NCBI RefSeq assembly: GCF_021028975.2
Contig: NC_059437.1
Span: 33,108,001-33,172,000 of the forward strand
Direction of reading: 5' to 3'
Source of the DNA: Sphaerodactylus townsendi
Lineage: Eukaryota
Length of the DNA: 64,000 bases
Shown here: positions 1 through 11,206 of the stretch, in pieces
How the letters are laid out: each line of letters begins with the position of its first letter
Position numbering within the stretch: position 1 is the first letter of the stretch
The notes under the pieces: model-generated
Databases searched by the model: none
The model's input: only the letters and a program-made list of their open reading frames with translations
What the model was told of the DNA's origin: nothing
Position numbers and translations under genes: made by a program

Positions 1-2031
1 GGTTAAGGATTTTGTATCTTCTGCACCCCTGAACATATCCAATGAAAATACCTTCTTCAGTTCTGAGATCCATTTTTAATTCTTTTGCTTAGGAATATAG
101 GCATACACTTTTGATCCAAAAACTCTCAAATGGCTCATACTGGGCTTCTGCCTAAACCAAAGTTCCTAATGAGTCTTATCAGTTCGCTTAGTGGACAGTC
201 AGTTTTGTAAGTTTCTGTATTAATGGCCTCTGCCCAATATTTATCTGGCAGCTTGGCCTCAAATAACATGCATCTGGACATTTCAGTAAGGGATTTATTC
301 TTCCTCTCTTTTGGCATTCATTTGAGGACAAAATAGAATAGTCAACTGATGTTCAATCTCACATTCAGCCAATAATGCTTTCATTTCATTTAAGAAATAT
401 CCACACACACCCCTTCCCCAATTGTCTATTAGTACACTTCTGAACAAGATTCACTTTCTCTGTATTTAAAACCAGAAGATACACCCCATTTTGCTTAGTT
501 CCTTGGGCCACTAATTCTGAGCCATTCAAAATTAAACATGATTCATCAAAGGACACTAAAAAAACCTTTATCTGTTAAAGCACTTATAAAAATCAGATTA
601 TTTACAAGTGAGGGTACATATAAACCGTCCTTAATAGTTATCTCTCTCACAGCTCCTCTTGCAAGAGCTCTTATGGTGAGCTGCCCAATCTCCTCTGCTC
701 TGATCATTTCATCATTTGCAATGTAAAATGACTCCTTTTTACTTTCATCCAAATACTCAAAAAAAGCTTTTATCTTCACAAAAGTGGTTACTGCTTCCAC
801 TGTTGGTTTTATTTCTCCAAGTTTCACCACAAAAAACTTCTTAGTTTGCCTTCACTCTCAGTTCTGTTGCTATGGGAGGGACCTCTCTGATGGCTTTTAT
901 TGCTCCGTTTCTGAAACCTAAATGGTGCCTTCACTGTGGTCTGGGCATTGACTTGCACAATGGTCCATTTTATTACATGAATGACATAGTAAATATTTCT
1001 TGTTGCGTATAGCTAATGCATGTAAATCATCTGTGCTTTGAACAGACTTTCTCCTCACGCTCTCGTCCTTCAGCTCACCAACAACTTGTGTCAAAGTTAA
1101 ATTGTCTTTAATTATGGTGACCAAGTTCTCATAGCTCTTCAGCAATGAAATTAACAAATATAGAATAAAGTCATCATCTTCCAAAGCCTTCCTGGCTAAC
1201 TTCAGTTGATCAATTAGCTTCAGCATTTGATTGATAGGCTGATTTAAATCAACCCATTCGGGCATTCATTTAACAAGCGGTTGATAATGCAAAAACATCA
1301 TGGTTGTTCGAGATTTATTTGCTAAACATTTTTCTAACTCTTCCCAAATCTCAGCTGCCATTTCAAAAGCGTTGGTCTCAGTCAGTAATTGATATAATAA
1401 GGTTGAAAAAAATAATAAGCTCTATCTTTCTAGTTCCGTCTGTTCCAGTTTTCATCTGGCTGGGCTGGTTTCAGTGTAGAGAAAAAACTCCATAAATTTT
1501 CCTGCTGTAGGATCGCTCTCATACACAATCTCCATGTTGAGAAATTTGCATCTGTTAGCAGTTCCATATGAATTCCAATCCTCTCTCCACAGAAGGTGGC
1601 TATCTTTGCACCTCTGTCTTTGTTCCCTGGCTATCTGAGCCTGGGGCAAAAGTTTCCTTTTTCTTTTAGATCAGTGCAATTAAGTCCTGGACCCATAACC
1701 AAAACAAGTTGGCGTTTACTACACAGAGAAGCAGCTAACACACTGATTAAAAGGGTAAAAGGTAAATGTTTATTAGGAAGCACATTTAGGATAAGAAAGA
1801 GGGAAAGATAGTATGCTGCTATTTTGCTAGCTAGGAAGAGTCTCTGCAACTAACTTCCAAGAAGAAGCAGGATATTAGACCTGAGAATATCAGTCTAAGA
1901 ACAGACAAGAGGTAGCAAAAAAGGATGGAGTGGTCACTAACTTTACAGCTCTCTCTAGCTGACCAGTTTTCCACCCCCTCCTGGGTCTTCTTCTCAGTTC
2001 CTTTGCACATTACACATTGCTACATCCAACC
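1..2031 (-). mobile_element. Decayed Ty1/Copia LTR retrotransposon (5' LTR, PBS, gag, start of pol), truncated by the window edge
   Basis: Minus strand: gag zinc knuckle CHSCNKMDHCASQC (CX2CX4HX4C, ORF 918-1265); copia-like LYVPSLVNNLIFISALTDKGF (546-830); integrase-like ERKNKSLTEMSRCMLFEAKLPDKYWAEAINT (135-317). GGTTATGGGTCCAG at 1700-1687 is one mismatch from the copia-type tRNA-iMet half-molecule PBS. Putative LTR about 1707-2031 with GTTGG...CCAAC ends and minus-strand AATAAA at 1774-1769. Many stops and frameshifts. Confidence 0.85.
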
Positions 2032-5000
2032 CCTGGTTTATAGCATTCCATTAAGCCTCTGTTAAAGGCCCAAGACATTTACCTCCAAATCAGTTGGCAA
2101 CCCTAAATGCAAATCAAGGGTTCAGGCCTTCATGCTTTGCAGGCAATGATGCATAAACTTGTATCAGCATTTCTGCTTCAGGTTAAAACTAAACCAGGAT
2201 ATAATAAGATGCCATTATTAGTGATCATTTCTCTGCAAAGTGATAATTGCCCTTTGCCCGTGAAATTAAGATTCACATTGTTGTGCCACGTTACGTTCTT
2301 GCACTGATGCTATCTGAAAGCAATTCAGCAAGCTGCATCTCAGAGCTTGCTATGTTGGTGTCTGGAATCCAGAAATCTGACAGATTGAATATGCTGCATC
2401 CTGCCTCTGCCTAATTCGTTTGCAGATCAAACTGATGTTAAAAGGACAGCTAGAGGGACTAGTTTAAAAGCTGGCAACCCATAAAAATATGATTCAGTCC
2501 CTGCACAGAAAGATGAACCAGATTTATCTGTCTTGTACATTTTTGTCCCATCCTTCCTTCAAGAAGCTCAATGCAGCATATTCATAGTTCATTTCTCCCT
2601 TCATTCTATTGCTCTCTCATATTCCAGATTTGCCTGACTCGATTTCTAGATTAGGAAACGCTGGCAGTCAAAAGGACTGATCTGTCAGTCAGCATAAATT
2701 GACTGTTTCAATAAAATGTCAGTTTCTCCTAGGGAGACTGCCAGCCCATCTCTCAGGCTTTATGTTCTAGACATCCGATCAAAACATGACCAAACTCCCA
2801 GGGTTGGGGATGAAATCACATTCAATGTGACCTAGTAGGCTGATACCCTCACAAATTCTCAACTGAATTACAAAGGGGATTTTTATATACCTTCCACAGG
2901 CCTGGTCCTTCCAGAGGTGATAAACCACAAATCCTCATTGTTGTGCCCAGAGATACCATGGTGCTCACCAACACCTTTCCTAGCACCCACCAAGCATTTT
3001 GAGAAGGTGGGTGTGGCCAGGTGGTGCCTGCCAAGTAGGGCAGATTAAAACACCATTTCAGCAACAGCTCCCACTACAGTGTAGGTTTTATTCTCTCTCT
3101 GACTCCTCTTTCCTAGTATATTTTCAAAATGTACTCTTTTTGTTGTCTTCAGTCTTCCTTTGTGTGTGTTTTTCTGGTGATCCCTCCCACATGGCCAATT
3201 TGTAGCTGTGCCCATTTTACTATTTCAAAAATTTAAAGGTGTCTACCAGCTCAAAAAGTTTGTAATAAACGTAGGATATCAGGAAAAAGAAACATGAAAA
3301 GAATGGAAGCATATAATGTATACTTAGGCTCATTCTGGTTTTAGGATGTAGAGAACATAAAGGGTTAATTGAGAATGCAGCCTGATTGGCCAGAAACTGC
3401 GGTGTGTTCTTAACCTGAGGGCAGTTAGTACTAAGGGACTGAACTGTCTGGAATGCCTGAGGGATGGTTGTTCTGTTATAGAGCCATGCTCTGGTGGCTG
3501 AGGGCCAGTTCTGTGAGAGCTGAGCTACTCTGAGGTCCTGTAGGGGCAGATTTATGTGAAGGAAACTGTGCCAAGGGTCTGTAGTTATCCATTACAAAGA
3601 AACCACAGTTAATCACACTGGTGACTTGGTTTGGCTTCTCTGAAGAGAACCCACCTACCTATGGGGCACTGAAGTCCTGAAAGTGGTGAAATTGTAAACA
3701 GTGACAGGATTGGGTTTTCTGGATGAAAGTCACAGGTCCTTCTCTGCTAAGCACCATGTGAAATAGACGTCTTAAAAGGGGGAGAAAGTCTTGGAGTTAA
3801 TGGTTTAGGAATTGTCTGTTACACCTAATTGAAGTTAGAAATTAAGTCCGGTCAGCTCTTTAAGTAGAGAGCTCCAAACAAATAACTGAACATCTCCTGG
3901 GGTTTTGGATATTTTCTAAGTGATTGTATCACATTTGAAGGCATTAAAGTTAGTGACCTTGACCTATGAGAACCTTGTAACAACAATATAAAGTTCTTGT
4001 AAACAAGTAACTTTTCTGAAACAACTTCTTGTATATACTTATTCATATTGTCCTTTGCCTGAAACACTTCTCGATTTCTAATATTTTCCTTGTAAATAAT
4101 TTTTTAAAAATTAAATCTTTGTTGAAACTCTACCTGCCTTGGGTACCAATTTATTATGCCTTTGACCGATAGGAATAGATTACTGATTGTCCAGACAGAG
4201 CTACACATCTTCCTGACTGTAAATTGTCGTAGTGGAACATTTAAATGCCATTATTTCTGTCTATTTTGTATAGGAAAGCAGGAAATCTCCCAAGAGTAAG
4301 CACCAATTTTAAATAACCATACTCATGCTACTGCATTCCATAAGAACTGTTCAGTCACCGCAACAACAACCATTAGAACTTGGGAGGGACAATTCTCCTC
4401 AGGGCACTAGTGGGCAGAAGGAAGGCTTATGTGAGTGTGTGCCTCTATGGGGTTGTACATGGAGGGGTAATCTATCATACATTCCATTAAAAATACCAAA
4501 ACCAGCAGTTGGTCAATCTTTTGCAACAAAACAAACTTTCTGAGAAATTCTTTCTGTAAAAGAGAGTGACTGAGTGGTGGTCAGTTCCCAGGGTTATCAT
4601 CTGGTTATTAGGAAGCATGTGGATCATTACAGAAAGCAAAAACACTTCCCATTCACCTATGGACATGGCTGTGCTGGTCTGCACTAAAACCCCTCAGAAG
4701 CAGATGAAGGCTGAAGTCATTTGACTGTTGGACTGGGTGGGCCAGTTCATAGCCATCATTTGTGACTTAATAAAATGGTACACATCTTACACCATGGCGT
4801 TTTCTATTAGAATATGCAGTTTTAATGCTGTAAGAACACTGCCACTCACCTTAACCTTAAGCCCTATTGAGTAAGTAGGCCGTACTTCCACATAAAAAAT
4901 GGACAGCATCAGGCTTCTTGAGACTGACCTTGGATTGTACAGGAAGGGTCAACTTTAGACTGGTTCTGAGCTAAAGTCAATTCTTGATCCACACACCCTT

Positions 5001-5148
5001 TGGGCAGCCTGAATCTGAATTCAGCCACTCCTAGCCTGTTTAGCACATAGAGAGACTGCCATCTGCTGGCCAAATACATTACTTGCAGGCCTTTGGCATG
5101 GGAACCCCTCGGCCTGCTATTGGGAGGCAACAGGGGGCAACAGATTCT

Positions 5149-5391
5149 AGAAGAAAAAGAATAACTGGTTTTGATACCCTGCTTTTCTCTATCTTCAGGA
5201 GTGTCGAAGTGGCTTACGATTGCCTTGCCTTCCCCTTCCCACAACTGGCACTTTGTGTGGTAGATGGGACTGAGAGATTTCAGAGAGAACTGTGACTGGC
5301 CCAAGGTCACCCAGCAGGCTTTGTGTGGAGGAGTCAAACCCAGTGCTCCAGATTAGAATCCATTGCTCTTAACCTCTATGTCACACTGGCT
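5149..5391 (-). mobile_element. tRNA-derived squamate SINE
   Basis: Reverse complement matches the copy at 39223-39521 (GCTGGGTGACCTTGGGCCAGTCACAG core, TCT-repeat tail). Confidence 0.8.
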
Positions 5392-8093
5392 GATGGTGCT
5401 ATTCTTCCACCGTTAACATCAAGCATTGTGTGGCAATAACAGATTAATGATTTCAGATGGGGGCGGAGCATCATTTTGTCTTTTTACATCAGATGAACGA
5501 TTTAAGACTGGCCTTGTCTCGCAGTTCTTCTCTCCAGAAATAGGTACTAAAGTATTGGCTGGGACTGCCAACAGGTCTGTGTGGAAATGGGCAGCTGCAG
5601 CGCTTCATGACACAGAGGTCAATACCACCCACTGGTAATTGACATGCCAGTATGGCTGTATTAAAGGTGAATGCCTTTTTTCCTTCCAGGCTGTTGGCGC
5701 CCCTGATCCTGGTCAGGATGGCACATAAACCCATTTGGGTGTAGCAGCTGTTCCGGAGGCTAATAGCCTTTCCTCCAAGGGGAGAACAAGAACATTGGCA
5801 TTCCCCAGTTTTGCGGCAGGCAACACTTCTAACAAACTGTCTTCTGAATGAGCAGACAACGGTGCTGGGCCAAAGGGAAAGGATACAAGAACATACACTG
5901 GTGTGAAATCAGCCCTGGGTGCATGGCTGCCCTGAAATCAGTTTGCCATCCCTGTGGGGCTGCAAATTACCTGGAGAAATAGAGGCTTCGTAGGCTGTGA
6001 TTTACCAGGTGATGTGACTCACCTCTATGCTAGTGACAGTTGCCATTGACTATTTTGGCAAATTAAGCTTCTGTTCAGAATCTCCCCCCCCCCCCCCCCC
6101 ATGCTTGTTGGTTCCTCTACTTTACTTGTGTAATTGGGTGTAGACTCCAAGCCCTACCTTCCCCCCACAACCCACTTTACCCACTGGAGTTAATTCTCTA
6201 AAGTTCTGCCTCTAACCCCCCCTCCCCCCACCGCACAACATTTAGAGATGGGGGAAAGAAGAAAAAGAGCTTTCTCTTTGAATTCCTTCCAAGATTCAGC
6301 CTTTGGAAATAATTGCTACCTTGTAGAAATCATGAAGGATTTCAAGGATAAACCAAGGAGCATGTAAAGCCTTTTGGAGGATTCTCTAGGGAATCCTTCT
6401 TGTTTGCTTTCTCTTCTGCTTTTGAACTAATTGCGCTTTTTTTAAAAACAAAAAACAACCTTATGGATGAGATGACCTCGGAATACCAAGAACTGACAAG
6501 CAGCATCTGCCGGACCCACTCTTGGCAGATCCCTCCTCCTGCTTCTCAATCTCAAGCTCCCCCCCCCCCCATTTCTCTGTAACTGATTAATTCCCTCACC
6601 ATAGCTAGCATGTGGGGTAGCTTGGAGCCATTCTGCCACAGCTACTGCAGAAATGGATTCATCCAAAGGACCAGAGAGAAAATGCCAGTATTTGGGGAGG
6701 TGGGACTTAGCCTTACCTCCTAATATGAGCACATCCCTTCTGAGTCCCCCAAACATGCTGGAATGTCCAGGACAGAATATTTTAGGCACCTTCTGCAGTC
6801 CCAGAGAACTGCCTCATAGGAACCCCTTCCTACTAAGTCGCCCTGCACCCCAGCCTGGAACCAGCCAGGTCAAGCATCGGGGTGGGGTGGACAAACACAG
6901 TCAAGACAGACCTTCTGCTATGGCCCCCAAGAGTTCCTGTCTCCTTTGGTCTCCATTTGCATTTCTGCAGATGCACTTGGGCCTCTCCTGTCAATATTCC
7001 TGCCATGGCAGTGGGTGTATGAATCAGGAACACCAAGGCTCATGGGAGCTGCCAGCCTATTGGCAGAGGCATACATGCTGAGGGGAGAGTCATAGGCAGT
7101 ACAAAGAGAGGTGTGGCCCAACTCACAAACCTTTGCTCACCCGGTGGGTCCTCCTTCTTTGGTCTATTGTTTTCTTTGTGGCTCTTTTCTCACAGATCCA
7201 AGACTTGTGTGGGAGCGATTGTTGTCAGCATAAAGGGGCTGTGTTTGGCCATGCGGGCACCGCTCTGCCAGCCTGCTCATTGCTGTGCAAGGCTTATTAG
7301 GATACCTTGGACATAAAGGAGGCTATAGACAGCCCAGAGTCTCTCTCAAAGCTGTGCAACAGCACCTGGCGGTGCCTGAAGAAGGCAACGTGTTAGCAGC
7401 ACCCACTCTCTCTACAGTAGCCTCTGCAGGAAGGATGTTCCTTCCTTGGGGAACGTGGGTAAGCTTACCCCAACATTTCAGGGGAAGACCACATGGCTTT
7501 AGCAGAGGAGCAGAAGTCTGGATCAGGACCACTTAGCCTTCCAGAATTCCTCACTCACAGCTCTGAAAAGACAGCCCTCATACCTAGGAGGCACCTGTTA
7601 CTGTTTTTGGTCAAGGTTCTTCCAATAAGACAGAGGGTCCTGGATCCACGGCTCAGTTTTGCAAACCGTGGAAGAAAAATACTTGATAAATGATTGCCTG
7701 CAAACGAAGCAAGCTCCCCCTTCCCCTGGAAAGAAGCCCAAACAGCCAAACTGAAACAAACAAGGAACTGCAGAGATGCTGTGGACTGACTGTGGAAACC
7801 CGGGCTTAAAAATGATCCCCTCCTCCTGACATTTGCAAGCAGAGAGACACACCAAGAGTTAGGGATACTGATTGTTCCTTGGTGGGGAGGGTACTGTTTT
7901 ATGCAGGCAGCTTTGCAGAACGACTGTGAAGACTAGTCCCACCAACACCCCACCCCCCCGCTACACGCATAGCCAACATATATGTGGTGGCAGCATTCTT
8001 GTTCCCCATTAATCATCTTTACCCCCCTGAGCAAATTATTCTAGCATCACTCCTGGCTGAACCTTACAAACAAACAAGCCCTCTCGAAGCAGC

Positions 8094-8147
8094 CTGGCAC
8101 TCGGCAAACTGTGGTATGTAACCGCTGGAAACAATCCTTGCATTGTT
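8094..8147. promoter_or_regulatory. Candidate oligodendrocyte enhancer motifs (MYRF site plus SoxE dimer site)
   Basis: CTGGCAC at 8094-8100; AACAAT-ccttgc-ATTGTT at 8130-8147; about 3 kb upstream of PLP1. Confidence 0.4.
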
Positions 8148-8262
8148 GTTGTGACTTCTCCCAGGCTGGAAGGACCACACTGCCCTCTAGAGGACTGTGA
8201 GAACATTGTGTGAGTGGTTCTTTTGACCAGGTTTGGTGAAGGAAAGGTAGTCCTTAGTCTTA

Positions 8263-8887
8263 GGTCGATTCCGCACTTGCGTTATCGACCTAAGTTTGAG
8301 TTGCGTTCGACCTAAGTGCTCCGCACAGCCACTGGGATCGACGTGGTTTTGTACCAGCTTCGCCCCGTATAACGGTCAAAGTTCCGACTCCAGTTGGGAA
8401 CTACTACTTTTTCAGGGAACCACGCTCGAACTCAGCTCGATTCCAGTAAAGTGCGGAATCTCTGGTGCCAGGAGTCCCCCATTCAGCCAATCACAGCTGA
8501 GTGTTTCGGGCATGCGTACAGCTGGAGAACTGCCGCGGCAAAAATCGTGCCTAATCCCCCCCCCCTTCTTTCTTGCATTTGAAGCGATGGCTGGTTGCAC
8601 AAATGGCGCATAATATCCGTGTACCAATGTAAGCGGCCAATCAAAAAATGCCACCTTTGTCCCTTCATTCCTGTGACAGTTTTTTAATAACGTGTGTGGG
8701 GATAGACGGAACATGGCCGTAGAACAGTAGCCAATCGGAACAGAGCAGCGAAGAGGCACAGGATGATCCCACCCTCCGAGCTGGGATCAAGCTGGTTGCA
8801 GTGGGGAACAACAATGGCTTCGACCTAGGTTAGTACCCTTCTCAGGGAACTGGGTCGAACCTATTTTACTCGTGTGCGGAATCGCTC
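8263..8887. mobile_element. PIF/Harbinger-type non-autonomous DNA transposon (MITE, 625 bp)
   Basis: TIRs GGTCGATTCCGCAC / GTGCGGAATCGCTC (12 of 14 match); TTA target duplication at 8260-8262 and 8888-8890; CpG-rich relative to flanks. Confidence 0.8.
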
Positions 8888-10899
8888 TTAGTGTTCTGCC
8901 TGTGGGAGGGAACACAGCAACTGCACACCTTCACCATGGAAAGAATGCAGATATGGAGACCTCTCTCAGGGGTAGTAGTGCTTAAAGGAATTTGGTTTTG
9001 ATAGGGTTAGAGGCATGGCTGTGTTGGTGAATATATAAAAGAGGAGATCTGATTGGGTGAAAGAAGGCTGTGTGTTCAAGGCTCTAAAGTGGAAAGTTAG
9101 GTTTTGGTTCTAACTGTCACTGATGATCTGCCCCCCAGAAGCTCCAGATGAATTTCTGAATGGAGCTTAATAATTTCAAAGCTACCTCAGTTTAACCCAG
9201 TTTGGAGACGGGGCTAGGAAGGCATGCCCCACCCTGCACTTTTACATCAAAGAGCGTTTTCTGTATTTTTGAGTCTAGGATAAATCTGGTGACTTTTTTT
9301 GGCTGTGACATGTAGGCAATTGGCAGCAGGCAGATGCATGGGCAGGCATGAAAAATAGCTGTGAGTCTATAAATGGCTATGAAACTGTGAGCAGGCAGAT
9401 CAGCAGGCGCTGGCGTGCGAGGCCAGCTCTTTTGTCTGTTGTGGTGATCAGTGCATAGATTGCTTGGCCTGACTGACACCATTTTCAAAGGGCCAGCAAC
9501 ATTCTTTGGGGGAATGCCTGCTAGCCTGGGCTGTCAACTGCAGTCAGTTGCCCTGTTATCGGTTTGCAACAGCTGTTGTGCCACTTTCCCCATCTGACCC
9601 AGGTCTCTAGTCATTTGATTGTCTGGCCTGCAGCTCCTGGGGAGGGATCTAGTTGTATTCATTGTCTTCTTGTCCTTCCTGCTAGTTTTTTTAATTTTAA
9701 AAAGATGTTGCCAGGCATGGTCACCCAAAGGGGATGCTGCAAATAACACCTTGCACTCATAATATTCTTCATTCAGTTTGAATCTGGTCTTTTCGCAAGG
9801 TGAATGGTTTTATGCTTCAAAAAAAGAATTTGGGGCCAGAGGCTCTCAAGGGTTCTTGTGAAAACTGCACAGCCATTAAGGAATGAATACATATTCATCA
9901 TGCAAATGACTGATTGCACTAAATATCTTTAGGCAGCCCAAAGCCTGCCCTGAACTACATTGTGCATTTCTGTAAAGGACACCCATTCACCTAGAGGCTT
10001 TGTCTATTTTGGTCATATATCTGTGTTTGGCAACATAATGAACTTCTAGCAGCAGCACCAGGAATCTCTTTGGCCAGCTGTTGGTAGATTTGCCAACTGC
10101 CTGTAGAAAAAAAAAGCCCTGGGCCTTTAACAGCCTGTAATATACCAAGAGATGTTATTTGCCTGCAGCATGCCATGAACAGCTCCAGTCTCCTGTTTCC
10201 ACATCATAAGCCTCTGTTAAATGGGTCAAGGCATTTTCCTCCAGGCCTTTTGGCAACTCTAGTTATTCACAGCACCATCTCTGCTTTTGCAGAGCTTCCA
10301 AAGTTCAAGTGACCTCATCAGCTACTGCTTCACACACGTCCCCACACACACTGAGCGTTACACTGATGCTAGAGCTGCCACAAAAGCCTTCAGTCTTTGT
10401 GTCACATTATCATGCTCTCCACCACTGAACGCCATTCCTTGGCCACTGTCTATGCTAGTGCCCAATCTCTTCTGCCTCCATCATGCACTAGTGGCTTGGC
10501 CAGCTAACATATCACTGGAGTCCTGCCATGTCATGAGGTCTTCCCATCGAGGCTGGTTGTGGGAGGACATCAGCAGATAGCTGGAAACAAACTCTCACTT
10601 TCTGCTGGCACAACCTGCACTGTGGTGGCGATAAAACTGTAGGTCCACAGTGGCTAAGTCACAATCCATGCCTGAACCCATCCCAGCTACATGCAGCTGT
10701 GAGGAACAGGCCAGGGTGACACACAAGGCAGGCCTGAATAACTGCCTTGTCTAAATGAGCCCTGCTGCCTCCTGCAAAATATCCACCAGCCAATTCCTTC
10801 CTGACCTTGAATGCCACTTCAGAATCATTCTAACTGCTTCCCATTCCTTCATTTTTAGCAAAGTCCTCAGCAGCTCCTTGCCCCGCAGAAGTTTTGAAG

Positions 10900-11202
10900 A
10901 AAAGACACTAGTAAGCAAAAACAAAGAATCACAGCAACACAAAGGACAGACACAAGAGGCATGAGTCCAAATGAGGGTTAAGAGGGACGGGATAGTGTGA
11001 GGAGGAGGAGCAGGAGCCAGGGGGGGCTGTCCCTTTAAGGGGGCTGGCTGTCCACCCAAAGCCCTTTTCTTTGCTGAGGACGGGGTAAGAGAGAGAGAGT
11101 GATCCAGGGGGAAGCAGAGGGAGGCACAGAGACAGCGGCAAAGGATTGTTCTAGTGGAAGGAAGGAAAATAGCCAGTGGTTGTTGCCTGACATCCCAAAG
11201 CA
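10900..11202 (+). promoter_or_regulatory. PLP1: PLP1 proximal promoter and 5' UTR
   Basis: GGA-rich tract, then TTTAAGGGGGCTGGCTGTC...AAAGCCCTTTTC (11034 onward), which resembles the mammalian PLP1 promoter as I recall it; ACAAAG SOX-type motifs near 10921 and 10939. Confidence 0.7.
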
Positions 11203-11206
11203 ATGG
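11203..11206 (+). CDS. PLP1: PLP1 exon 1 coding part (ATG G)
   Basis: cccaaagcaATGG|gtgagt; phase matches exon 2. Confidence 0.9.

Noticed and set aside
3330-3710. Possible solo LTR (CCAAT-like box, ends in GTGACA)
   Set aside because: No TSD or second copy could be identified; unsupported without a library search.
2032-8000. Exons of an upstream neighbour such as GLRA4
   Set aside because: No translated segment resembled a glycine receptor; an isolated acceptor-like tract near 5690 is insufficient.
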